This document shows, piece by piece, positions 48,776 to 57,362 of a DNA stretch of 64,000 bases. Numbering within the stretch: the first letter of the stretch is position 1; each line of letters begins with the position of its first letter. The notes below the pieces were generated by a model. That model had not been told where the DNA came from, ran no database searches, and saw nothing but the letters and a program-made list of their open reading frames with translations. The stretch lies in the sequence record NC_027399.1. One strand, given 5' to 3'. The position numbers and the translations under genes are program-made.

Positions 48776-48958
48776 ATGTCTATCATCTTAACTGTTCGTC
48801 AATCAAACGCCCTGGCAGCACTTAACAAATCTCTGCAAGAAGCGAGCGATTGCGGGATGTTTGATGTAGTTGATGCTACACCGTCGATCATTAACGCTTT
48901 CTGTGATGAAATGGCTTACTGTCAGGAGCAGGATGATAAGACAAAAGAAATAAAATAA
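48776..48958 (+). CDS. Early hypothetical protein
   Basis: Promoter-stem-loop-AAGGA. Confidence 0.75.
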   Translation: MSIILTVRQSNALAALNKSLQEASDCGMFDVVDATPSIINAFCDEMAYCQEQDDKTKEIK

Positions 48959-48984
48959 GTACTGAAAAGTTTTCAAATAAGGGG

Positions 48985-49070
48985 TTGACTTCGGTCGGCC
49001 CTTTTGCTATTATATATTCATTGGCAGATAAGCCGCAGCCCACAGGGTGCCGAGGTGTATCTATAGTTTA
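48985..49070 (+). ncRNA. Gene-less promoter element (CCC..GGGTG family)
   Basis: TTGACT-17-TATTAT; same 5' hairpin as 48.6 kb copy; GCCCACAGGGTGCCGAGGTGTATCTATAGTTTA. Confidence 0.7.
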
Positions 49071-49338
49071 TTGAATTGAAGTACAGAAAAATATTTCTTG
49101 CATAATTCATTTCTTATGATATAATAGTAATCACATAAATTAATTGGAGTGAACAAAAATGTTATTAGATTGGCTCAATACTTTATCCCCTGCTGCTGGC
49201 CGTCGCTGGGCTATCGGTTCGTCGGTTGCCATCGTTGTAGGCGTCATTGTACTTTTAGTGATGATTTTCTAAAAAGTACTTGCTTTAATGATCCAGTACT
49301 GTATAATGTACTTATACCAAATAACAGGAGTAAAACCG

Positions 49339-49695
49339 ATGAAAGATGTAACTTTACCAGTAGTTCAAACTAACTTTGAAAACCAATTCCTGGCCGAAGT
49401 GTTCAAGATTGATAATGGCGTTGTATCAATCAATTACGGTTTCAATAGCGGCGGTTATGAAAAATTCATTTATTTCGTTACTGCCGATGGTGGATGCCTG
49501 GCAATTGATACGGTACTGAATGAATTCAGTAAAGTAGATTTTAATGATGATAATGATCCTCAGTGGTATATCGTCGGTTATGACGTGAACTATGAAGATG
49601 AAGATCTTTATGATGATCATACTAATCAAAAAATTGAATCAGCTTGGGGTGATATTGAGGACGATTATCAGTCAGTCCCCGAGGATTTTGAATAA
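49339..49695 (+). CDS. Acidic early hypothetical protein
   Basis: AGGAG SD. Confidence 0.85.
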   Translation: MKDVTLPVVQTNFENQFLAEVFKIDNGVVSINYGFNSGGYEKFIYFVTADGGCLAIDTVLNEFSKVDFNDDNDPQWYIVGYDVNYEDEDLYDDHTNQKIESAWGDIEDDYQSVPEDFE

Positions 49696-49725
49696 AAAAA
49701 CACTGGCATATACAGGGGAATAAAA

Positions 49726-49881
49726 ATGATCATCGTACTATCAGAGAAAGAAAAGAAATTAGTTCTTTCAGTACTGAAAGAATATCCCAGAAATATGCGG
49801 GAGCCGTTTGAAACAAATAGTGAATTCGAAGAGCATTTAAACGATATCGATTTATTGATATCCAAGATCGAATCACAATAG
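49726..49881 (+). CDS. Small protein, MILS.EER family (not in track)
   Basis: AGGGG SD; MIIVLSEKEKKLVLSVL. Confidence 0.65.
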   Translation: MIIVLSEKEKKLVLSVLKEYPRNMREPFETNSEFEEHLNDIDLLISKIESQ

Positions 49882-50041
49882 TGATGTACTGTAAAACGTC
49901 CTGTAATCGATTATGGGACGTTTTAAGGAATAGCACTATGATTTATTCAGTACAGTGGAAAAAACGCTTGTAAATTGATTCCAGTACTGTATAATGCTTT
50001 ACATGGAAAAATTATTCTCCACATTATTAGGAATAAAGAAT

Positions 50042-50269
50042 ATGTTTTATCTTGGAACTGTTAAAGAAAATTCGAATGTAATTGAGGCGTCATTGATTTG
50101 TACTAATAATGAAGTCGCTGGCTATGATTTTGCAAAAGAGCGATTCATGAAATATTACACTGGTGATAATTCAGTGTCATTCGATTTTGAACGTATCGGT
50201 GATGGTGTTACAATTATGAAATTTGAAGATCTCCCTGAAATCGATTTTGATTTTGTCGTTACACTGTAA
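50042..50269 (+). CDS. Early hypothetical protein
   Basis: AGGA SD. Confidence 0.75.
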   Translation: MFYLGTVKENSNVIEASLICTNNEVAGYDFAKERFMKYYTGDNSVSFDFERIGDGVTIMKFEDLPEIDFDFVVTL

Positions 50270-50367
50270 AAAAGTACTTGCATAATTCTTTCAGTACTGT
50301 ATACTGTACTTATACCAAACAAAAGCAAATGGAATCAGTACTGATTCCCTGTAAAGGAGATAGACCA

Positions 50368-50619
50368 ATGTCAGATCGTATCACTCGCAAAATGGTAGCA
50401 GATAAAGTTGCTGGGCTGAATCTTGCTATTGACCGTCGTGGATTACCTGAAAAATATCAGGTAGTACTGGAAGATGGTAAATTCAATATTGAATTACAGC
50501 CGTCTCATGTTTATACTAATCCAAAAGTGATACAAAAGAATTTGAGTACACGAGAAGCATATTTTTATCTGAAAGGTATGTTTCAAATTCTTCTCGACAA
50601 TGTACCACATAAAGATTAA
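50368..50619 (+). CDS. Early hypothetical protein
   Basis: AAGGAG SD; MSDRITRKMV... Confidence 0.8.
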   Translation: MSDRITRKMVADKVAGLNLAIDRRGLPEKYQVVLEDGKFNIELQPSHVYTNPKVIQKNLSTREAYFYLKGMFQILLDNVPHKD

Positions 50620-50621
50620 AG

Positions 50622-50653
50622 AAAAAGGGGAGACAACAAGTCTCCCTTTTTTT
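50622..50653. terminator. Bidirectional intrinsic terminator
   Basis: AAAAAGGGGAGAC-AACAA-GTCTCCC-TTTTTTT. Confidence 0.85.
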
Positions 50654-50669
50654 GTATTCAGTACTAAAT

Positions 50670-50755
50670 TATATAGATACATTTATGCACCCTGTGGGTT
50701 AGTAGCTTGTTCTGCTTTATGTAGTAATTATATGATAAAGCTGGTGGCTTGTCAA
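50670..50755 (-). ncRNA. Gene-less promoter element (CCC..GGGTG family)
   Basis: TTGACA-17-TATAAT on minus; AGC-AGAACAA-GCT; AACCCACAGGGTGCATAAATGTATCTAT. Confidence 0.7.
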
Positions 50756-50848
50756 CACTTATTTTAAAATAAAAAAAATACTGAATAGTACTTGCAAAAA
50801 GTATTCAGTACTGTATAATGTTTGTATTGAGATTAAGGAGTACTTACT

Positions 50849-51388
50849 ATGTTAATCAAAATGTATCACGGTTCTAATAATTTTGATCACCGCCGGGGAT
50901 ATCTGGGCGGAAAGCCAGGTAATTTTCATATGGGCTTTGGACTCTATCTAACTAACTCTTATCGCTGGGCTGATAATTATGGGCGACGTCATTATGAGTT
51001 AGATTTAGATATTTGTAGTACTGGTGCCGCACATAATGTATGGATTCCTACTAAACACTTTATGGAATTCATAAGAGTATATTGCACCAAAAAGTTTTAT
51101 ACAATGTGCTGTAAAGAATTTAAAGACCGTGAATCGTTGAATGTAGAACGCGTTGAATTGCTTATTATCAATATGGAAAGGCACGTTACGAAAATCGCTA
51201 AACCATTTGCTGAATTCGTCGCTGCCTGGGGTTGCACGCATAGCATTGAAATATCCGGTAACTATGGTGGTGTTTGCGTGCGGCTTTATGATTTCAGTAC
51301 TATAAAGAATTGTATCATAAGCCAGGAAACGCAGGATTTTTATTATCCAGATGAATTGACAAGATATCCTCAAAAAAACTTGTATTAA
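50849..51388 (+). CDS. ADP-ribosyltransferase-fold protein (putative, H-Y class)
   Basis: MYHGS...GFGLYLT.S...A..YG signature. Confidence 0.55.
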   Translation: MLIKMYHGSNNFDHRRGYLGGKPGNFHMGFGLYLTNSYRWADNYGRRHYELDLDICSTGAAHNVWIPTKHFMEFIRVYCTKKFYTMCCKEFKDRESLNVERVELLIINMERHVTKIAKPFAEFVAAWGCTHSIEISGNYGGVCVRLYDFSTIKNCIISQETQDFYYPDELTRYPQKNLY

Positions 51389-51651
51389 TGATTCAGTACT
51401 GATATAATGTATTAAATTAACAGGAGGAATTATCTTAAATGAATAAACGTCAATTGATGATTGATGCATCTCGTTTCCGTTCAAAAGAAGAAAAGAAAAG
51501 TTGCATTAAATGGGTTTTGTCAACTTTCATTATTGGATTACTTATTGTTGCTTTTGTTTATAGTTAGTACTTGACAATATAATCCAGTACTGTATAATGT
51601 TTATCAAAGGGAATGAATTATTCATTCCCGATTAATCAAAGGAGTTTTGCC

Positions 51652-51876
51652 ATGATCTATATTATCAAAGTATCCCCGACCGTAGGAAAATCAGAAGTTG
51701 TAGCTGTTATCACTTCCCTGGAAGCGAAAGATCTTCATACCCCGTTTAATGTATGGGTGGAGGATAATTTCGGACAATTCAGTACTGCTGAATATATCGA
51801 ACAATTCGCCGTCCCGGATACTGGTAAAATCAAAGTGGATCGTATCCTGGATTTTGATAACAGTAATTACTTTTAA
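51652..51876 (+). CDS. Early hypothetical protein
   Basis: Promoter-stem-loop-AAGGAG. Confidence 0.75.
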   Translation: MIYIIKVSPTVGKSEVVAVITSLEAKDLHTPFNVWVEDNFGQFSTAEYIEQFAVPDTGKIKVDRILDFDNSNYF

Positions 51877-52174
51877 AAACGTTTGACAACTGATTTCAGT
51901 ACTGTATAATGTTTATCAAAGGGAATGAATTATTCATTCCCGATTAATCAAAGGGGTTTATCATGAAAGAGTATATCTTTGAAGTAACTTTCACCTTTGG
52001 CCCGCACCAACTGATCCGGTCTTCTGGCTACAACCGCGAACAAGCATTCAGCAACCTTCGCCGTATGTACCCCAATGTCGTGACCTGGGTCAAGTGTGAA
52101 GAAGCATAAAATAATTAGTCAGTACTATTGACAACGCGTGATAGTACTGCTATAATTATTTTAACTTATACGGA

Positions 52175-52426
52175 ATGGAGTTAAAACAAATGTTCAGTGT
52201 CAGCAAACAAGGCGACAAATTTCTGGTTCAATACCATCATTTTGATCTGGTATACACTCAGCCAGATTGTGTATTCAGTACTCAGGAAGGTGCTGAAAAG
52301 CACAAAAAAGCCTTGATCGAAAATAGCAACAGTGGTACATTAGATTTCATCCAACAGTACTGGAATGAATCTAAGCTGGTGGACGGTTATTCCAACACAG
52401 TTTATTATGTAGGTATCACTGATTAA
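52175..52426 (+). CDS. Early hypothetical protein
   Basis: Follows promoter; start may be ATG 52190. Confidence 0.75.
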   Translation: MELKQMFSVSKQGDKFLVQYHHFDLVYTQPDCVFSTQEGAEKHKKALIENSNSGTLDFIQQYWNESKLVDGYSNTVYYVGITD

Positions 52427-52713
52427 TCGGGAGTACTGTTAATGTATATGCCAATTATCATACCGTTAGCAGTACTGTTAATCGCCGCCGTTATCTGCGA
52501 ACAATATCATTTGTTAGGAATGTAAACTATGATTCAATGTGAATTGTCAGTACTGATCACGCTGTTCTATATGTTGGGGCAAAAGAAACAAGATATTTCT
52601 GGTGATAATGCATTATTGTATCAATCATTAGACCAATGGCAACGATCTGAATTAAGCAATGCATGGGCGAAAGGTTACAACGATAGTACTGCAAAATAAT
52701 TTAAAAAAAGGGG

Positions 52714-52801
52714 TTGACTTACGCCAGCCCTTTTGTTATCATTAGTACATAGCAAGAACAATGCTCAAGCCCACAGGGTGCCGAAGTGTATCTATAGTTT
52801 A
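52714..52801 (+). ncRNA. Gene-less promoter element (CCC..GGGTG family)
   Basis: TTGACT-17-TATCAT; AGCA-AGAACAA-TGCT; GCCCACAGGGTGCCGAAGTGTATCTATAGTTTA. Confidence 0.7.
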
Positions 52802-52886
52802 TGTTGGTCTGAATCATTAATTTTTCTTGACAATTGGTTTAGTACTGGATATAATAGCCGCCATTGAATACAGGAGGATTTTAAAA

Positions 52887-53153
52887 ATGGCCTATCATAC
52901 ACCACATAGACACTTCATTGATAAACGCGGTATGGCTTTTAAAGCAATGAGTGACAATCGTAACACACAAATGTACTTTAAAGATATGACATTAGAAGAA
53001 GCAATTGAAGCCGTAAGGAATGATCGTAAGCTTTCCAAGAAAGTTGCATCAGTACTTAATGCTTTTTGGTTTGAACGTACTACCAACAAAGAATACAAAG
53101 AAAAGATGATTGCACTTGGTAAAGTAGTAAGAGAAGAAAAATTATATCTTTAA
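52887..53153 (+). CDS. Early hypothetical protein
   Basis: AGGAGG SD. Confidence 0.8.
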   Translation: MAYHTPHRHFIDKRGMAFKAMSDNRNTQMYFKDMTLEEAIEAVRNDRKLSKKVASVLNAFWFERTTNKEYKEKMIALGKVVREEKLYL

Positions 53154-53435
53154 GTACTTGACTATGTGATTCAGTACTGTATACTGTACTTATACCAAAC
53201 AAAAGCAAAGGGAATCAGTACTGATTCCCTGTAAAGGAGATAGACCAAATGAAACAAGCAAAATTTAATTCAGAAATTAAAGCAGCAAAAGCACACAAAG
53301 TACAGTTAGCAGTACTGGCTATCGTATCAATCTTTTTGCTGTGCAACATCGGCTAAAATAATTATCACAGTACTATTGACAACCAACGATAGTACTGGTA
53401 TAATTAGTTTACCAAATCAAAAAGGAGTAACTAAA

Positions 53436-53711
53436 ATGCGGATTAAACTTACCAGTGATGAAATTCATTCAGTACTTACTACCAATATGCAGGACTGGAA
53501 AAAGTACGCTGATATCGAAGAAGTCCAGGAACTCAATGATGATTTGAGTGTAGATGAAATTATTACTATTTGCTCATCTCAATTCTTTGATGATATCAAT
53601 GATGAAGAGCAAGATGTATTTGATATCATGGAAAAACATTTTATTGCGTATGATGTTTTCCCGTATACTCGCCAGGCTTATATTCTTATTCACAACATTT
53701 ATAACAAATAA
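53436..53711 (+). CDS. Acidic early hypothetical protein
   Basis: AAGGAG SD. Confidence 0.8.
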   Translation: MRIKLTSDEIHSVLTTNMQDWKKYADIEEVQELNDDLSVDEIITICSSQFFDDINDEEQDVFDIMEKHFIAYDVFPYTRQAYILIHNIYNK

Positions 53712-53723
53712 GGAATAATAATC

Positions 53724-54089
53724 ATGGAAAAAGAATTTAAAATCAAATACAATATCAGTACTGATTGCGGTTTCGAAGTACCAGAAGAAGATCAAGAACG
53801 TCTTAATGATGTTATTATGATTGACATTTCAAATAAAATCATTCAAGGCTACCGTGAAGGCGAATTGTGTGAATCGTTGATGGATCAATTCAATGAAGTG
53901 GAAACGTTTTATCGTGGCTGGTGGAGTATCGAAGAAGTTCACAAAGTACACGAATACCGTGTATTCTGGATTAACGGCGTTAATGATATCGAAGATATCA
54001 TTGTAAAAGAAAGTAGTGAATCCGCCGCCATTCAGTACTTTAAAGATCACTACCCCAACAAACGTTATCACCATTTAGAAAAAATTTAA
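53724..54089 (+). CDS. Early hypothetical protein
   Basis: AAGGA SD. Confidence 0.8.
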   Translation: MEKEFKIKYNISTDCGFEVPEEDQERLNDVIMIDISNKIIQGYREGELCESLMDQFNEVETFYRGWWSIEEVHKVHEYRVFWINGVNDIEDIIVKESSESAAIQYFKDHYPNKRYHHLEKI

Positions 54090-54176
54090 AAAGTACTTGA
54101 CACCTAATACCAGTACTGATATATTAATACGCATAGGGGCAAACAACTTGCCCCACTAAACAAAAGGAACTACCAA

Positions 54177-54533
54177 ATGATTACTAAATTCTATTCTTCC
54201 CGCGAAAAAGCTCGGATCGTAGCACGTGAAGAAGGCGAAACCTTCAAAGATATGGGTAAAGATTCCCCTGCTGGTCAACGCTGGGCAGTACTGTTCCGCG
54301 AGGTCAAAGACCTGGTAGAAAACGCTAAAGCGGTTGAAATGAACGTACCCACCAAAGAAGATAAAGATCTGACTGATGCCCTCGCCGCTGCATTCTCCGC
54401 GATGGATAAAGCCGCAGCGGTAGTACTGAAAGTACCGGAATTTGTAACCCGCAAAGTGCATTCAGTACTGCAAAATAAATTCAACGGTAAACAGGTTCAA
54501 GTGTTTACTAAACGTAAAATTCCGGTCATGTAA
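54177..54533 (+). CDS. Highly expressed early hypothetical protein
   Basis: Cassette with AAGGA; strong host-like codon bias; YSSREKAR...GQRWAV. Confidence 0.85.
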   Translation: MITKFYSSREKARIVAREEGETFKDMGKDSPAGQRWAVLFREVKDLVENAKAVEMNVPTKEDKDLTDALAAAFSAMDKAAAVVLKVPEFVTRKVHSVLQNKFNGKQVQVFTKRKIPVM

Positions 54534-54641
54534 GACCTGATTATTACAGTACTAACAAAGGGGCTTCAAAGCCCCTTTAAACGTCCTGTAAGCCATTCTA
54601 AGAGGTTTTACATGAAAAAGGTACAACTACACAAAGGAGTA

Positions 54642-54860
54642 ATGAAAGTTCATTATAATGCCCCGCAACGCATTATAGATAGAGCCATTGAACTAGCCAA
54701 TCAATATCTAGCTGGTGGATTAACTCCCAGGAAGTTAAGCAACGGGAAGTTATATGTAATCAACGTTGATACTAATAATCGTATAGTAATCAAAGGTGAA
54801 AGCATATCACTGTATGAACATCAACAGTATAACAAGAAAGTAAAAAATATTAGTAGATAA
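54642..54860 (+). CDS. Small basic protein, possibly RelE/ParE-like fold
   Basis: AAGGAG SD; RKL...I.V..NNRIV...HQQYN pattern. Confidence 0.45.
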   Translation: MKVHYNAPQRIIDRAIELANQYLAGGLTPRKLSNGKLYVINVDTNNRIVIKGESISLYEHQQYNKKVKNISR

Positions 54861-54939
54861 GTGTTGACAACTGATTTCAGTACTACCATAATGTATACAT
54901 ACAAGGCAATACCGCCTAATAACATAGGAGTAACTGAAA

Positions 54940-55362
54940 ATGAAAAAATCAACTAAAATTGTCTTAGGTGTATTTGTTGTTCCGGCAGTCGCCTTTTTTT
55001 CTTGTGCTATGATTTTTGGTGATGCTTCTCGGGTTGCCGCAAAAATCGAAAAAGAAAAACAAGTCCAGGAACAAGTTAAGAAAGAAGAAAAACCAAATTA
55101 TAACACTGTATGGGAAGCAATTTGCCATACCAGTACAGGTAAACGAATTTCCATCCTTACAGCAATGAATAATGGAAAATCAATCGTCGGAAACGAATAC
55201 ATGGAAGTGACTTCCAGTACTGGTAAAGAATTTGTAATGACGAACTATAATAACAATAACGTTGCAATTGTTACACAGGATTTTAAAGGTAATGCAGTAC
55301 TTGAATATCATATGCAATATGAAGTAATTTTTGCAAAATGCACATTTGAATGGGGTGCATAA
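54940..55362 (+). CDS. Membrane-anchored early hypothetical protein
   Basis: N-terminal hydrophobic helix; AGGAG SD. Confidence 0.8.
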   Translation: MKKSTKIVLGVFVVPAVAFFSCAMIFGDASRVAAKIEKEKQVQEQVKKEEKPNYNTVWEAICHTSTGKRISILTAMNNGKSIVGNEYMEVTSSTGKEFVMTNYNNNNVAIVTQDFKGNAVLEYHMQYEVIFAKCTFEWGA

Positions 55363-55389
55363 AAATAAACATAATAAACAAAAAAGGGG

Positions 55390-55472
55390 TTGACACAGGT
55401 CAGCCCTTTTGCTATTATTAATATCAAGAAAACAAGCTAACCCACAGGGTGCATAAATGTATCTATAGTTTA
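55390..55472 (+). ncRNA. Gene-less promoter element (CCC..GGGTG family)
   Basis: TTGACA-17-TATTAT; AACCCACAGGGTGCATAAATGTATCTATAGTTTA. Confidence 0.7.
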
Positions 55473-55543
55473 TTAAAGAATTTTAGTACTTGACAACGTA
55501 GTACAGCAGTACTAAAATATCTACATACAAAGGAGATTACCAA

Positions 55544-56128
55544 ATGAACAAACATCTTAAAGTACTGAATAAATGTAAATCCAATACCGAAATGTTACTG
55601 TACTGTTACAAAAATTTAATTAAACTCGGGAGAGGTTCATCAAGAACAGTATTTTTGTTAACAAAAAATAAAGTACTGAAAGTTGCTCATAACCATATTG
55701 GCAACCAACAGAATACAGCAGAAATCACTGCATGGTTGTATATTGATTATGACCGCTATTATAATAAACGCTTTTTCGCTAAAGTGTTCCCTGATATGTC
55801 ACATTTCAAAGATGTATACATAGTACAGGAGTACTGCGACAATATCAGTACTAAAGAAGCGAAGCCATACATCGAACATTACTTGACACCTCGCACTATT
55901 GAAAATGAGCGTGCTAAACGCTTCCACACGGCGTTAAGAGATGTAGACAATACCCTTAACTATAAAACGCTGGTGGACTTAAACATGGGCAATATAGGCC
56001 GTTCTGTAAGGGGTGCAATCAAAATCCGTGATTATGGATTATCTGAGCATATTGCTAAACAGTACCGAGAAGCCCGCTTCCAATACCAGCAACTCAAAAG
56101 TATTAGTAACATAAGTATTGATTTATAA
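55544..56128 (+). CDS. Ser/Thr protein kinase-like protein
   Basis: Gly loop LGRGSSRTV, VLKVA (Lys), NTAE (alphaC Glu), IVQEYC hinge, DLNMGN catalytic loop, DYG. Confidence 0.8.
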   Translation: MNKHLKVLNKCKSNTEMLLYCYKNLIKLGRGSSRTVFLLTKNKVLKVAHNHIGNQQNTAEITAWLYIDYDRYYNKRFFAKVFPDMSHFKDVYIVQEYCDNISTKEAKPYIEHYLTPRTIENERAKRFHTALRDVDNTLNYKTLVDLNMGNIGRSVRGAIKIRDYGLSEHIAKQYREARFQYQQLKSISNISIDL

Positions 56129-56193
56129 TTTCAGTACTGCTATAGTACTTTCACAGGGGAGATAATCTCCCCAATCACAGAGGAGATTTTACC

Positions 56194-56556
56194 ATGAGTA
56201 CTAAACCATTCGTTACTACCCGTTCAAATCTGACCGAAATCTATGTACACGGCGGATACGAGGAAACGTATGTCACTGGTATTATGGTAGAATTCCATCA
56301 GGGTTATCGGTTTATGTTGGTAGATTCAGAAATCTATCATACCCAACAAGATAAACATGGTTATGTCAATAAGTACTCCACCGATGAAGTACTGAAACGC
56401 CTGGATAACAAAATTAAACAAATTCAAAAACATCTTGACAACGGCGGAAAACTTAATCATTTACTTTGGGATAGCTTAGATCCCTGCTACGGTTCGGATG
56501 CATATGGTAAAAGCCGTGACACTGCAATGAAAGTACTTAAAGATTATTTCTTTTAA
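56194..56556 (+). CDS. Early hypothetical protein
   Basis: GAGGAG SD. Confidence 0.8.
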   Translation: MSTKPFVTTRSNLTEIYVHGGYEETYVTGIMVEFHQGYRFMLVDSEIYHTQQDKHGYVNKYSTDEVLKRLDNKIKQIQKHLDNGGKLNHLLWDSLDPCYGSDAYGKSRDTAMKVLKDYFF

Positions 56557-56630
56557 GTATTGACAAGCAATTCCAGTACTGGCATAATGTATTTCAAGGA
56601 GGTAATAACACCTCCTACCTTCAAGGAGTA

Positions 56631-56879
56631 GTGACTATGAATACTAAAGAAATGCTTTGTGAGTTCGCCAGTAACAATCTTGGTAACGCCGCTTTCATTG
56701 ATGGTTTTAATTATGTAGCAACTCGTGATCAAGAAGGTAAAGTATTCGTTAAAGATCGTATGGGCTTTTCTATCCAGGTTCAATCTGGTACTGCAAGCCA
56801 TATNGATNGTNNGAANGNNTGGNNNNGNTNCTATCCCCGGNGATGGAACATATCATTTCCGTATCGTAAAATAATTTAA
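56631..56879 (+). CDS. Early hypothetical protein (3' end unreliable, many Ns)
   Basis: AAGGAG SD. Confidence 0.6.
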   Translation: MTMNTKEMLCEFASNNLGNAAFIDGFNYVATRDQEGKVFVKDRMGFSIQVQSGTASHXDXXXXWXXXYPRXWNISFPYRKII

Positions 56880-56973
56880 AAAGTNCTGGACAATACAATC
56901 CAGTACTGTATAATGTTTTGCATACACAAGAGATTCCAGTNCTGGAATCTNTAATNTAAAGGAGAATACCAAA

Positions 56974-57255
56974 ATGATTAACGGCACTCTGATTAANTAT
57001 GCAAAACGCCGCGATGTAGAAATAGAAGTACTGAAAGCAGGCGAAGTTGACGATGACGCTCAGGTATGGTTCTACACCGCAGACAATGACTGTGAACCAG
57101 TACTGATGTACCTGATTAATAATGATGGTTCTCTTACTTATCGTAGCAAACTGATGAAGTCACTGGAAGATATGCCAGCACATATCAATAATAAAGAAGT
57201 ACTGAAACGCGTAATCTGCTACATCTCAGACCAGCACAAAGCGGATATGATGTAA
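56974..57255 (+). CDS. Early hypothetical protein
   Basis: AAGGAG SD. Confidence 0.8.
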   Translation: MINGTLIXYAKRRDVEIEVLKAGEVDDDAQVWFYTADNDCEPVLMYLINNDGSLTYRSKLMKSLEDMPAHINNKEVLKRVICYISDQHKADMM

Positions 57256-57274
57256 TCTTTACAAATATGGGGGG

Positions 57275-57362
57275 TTGACTAATGTCAGCCCTTTTGGTAT
57301 TATATATTCAATCCAGCGAAATGGTCTAACCCTCAAGGGTGCCGAGATGTATCTATAATTTA
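57275..57362 (+). ncRNA. Gene-less promoter element (CCC..GGGTG family)
   Basis: CTTTACAAAT upstream; TTGACT-17-TATTAT; AACCCTCAAGGGTGCCGAGATGTATCTATAATTTA. Confidence 0.7.

Larger units (their letters stand above)
15925..57305 (+). repeat. Dispersed terminator/promoter hybrid cassettes (18 copies)
   Basis: A-run-GG(G)TTGAC-N4-GTC(A/G)(G/A)CC(C)-T-run-TA(T/C)(T/A)AT; -35 boxes near 15934, 16327, 18106, 18570, 21129, 23633, 25289, 26355, 28358, 28702, 29361, 30707, 36737, 47157, 48985, 52714, 55390, 57275. Confidence 0.85.

Noticed and set aside
56800-57000. Odd sequence in ORF 56631 and the following promoter
   Set aside because: N-rich low-quality stretch; nothing can be concluded
39240-57362. 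CRISPR array or TIGR-like array interpretation of the CCC..GGGTG repeats
   Set aside because: Copies are dispersed kilobases apart, each with its own promoter and in both orientations; there is no repeat-spacer periodicity and no cas/tas gene in the window
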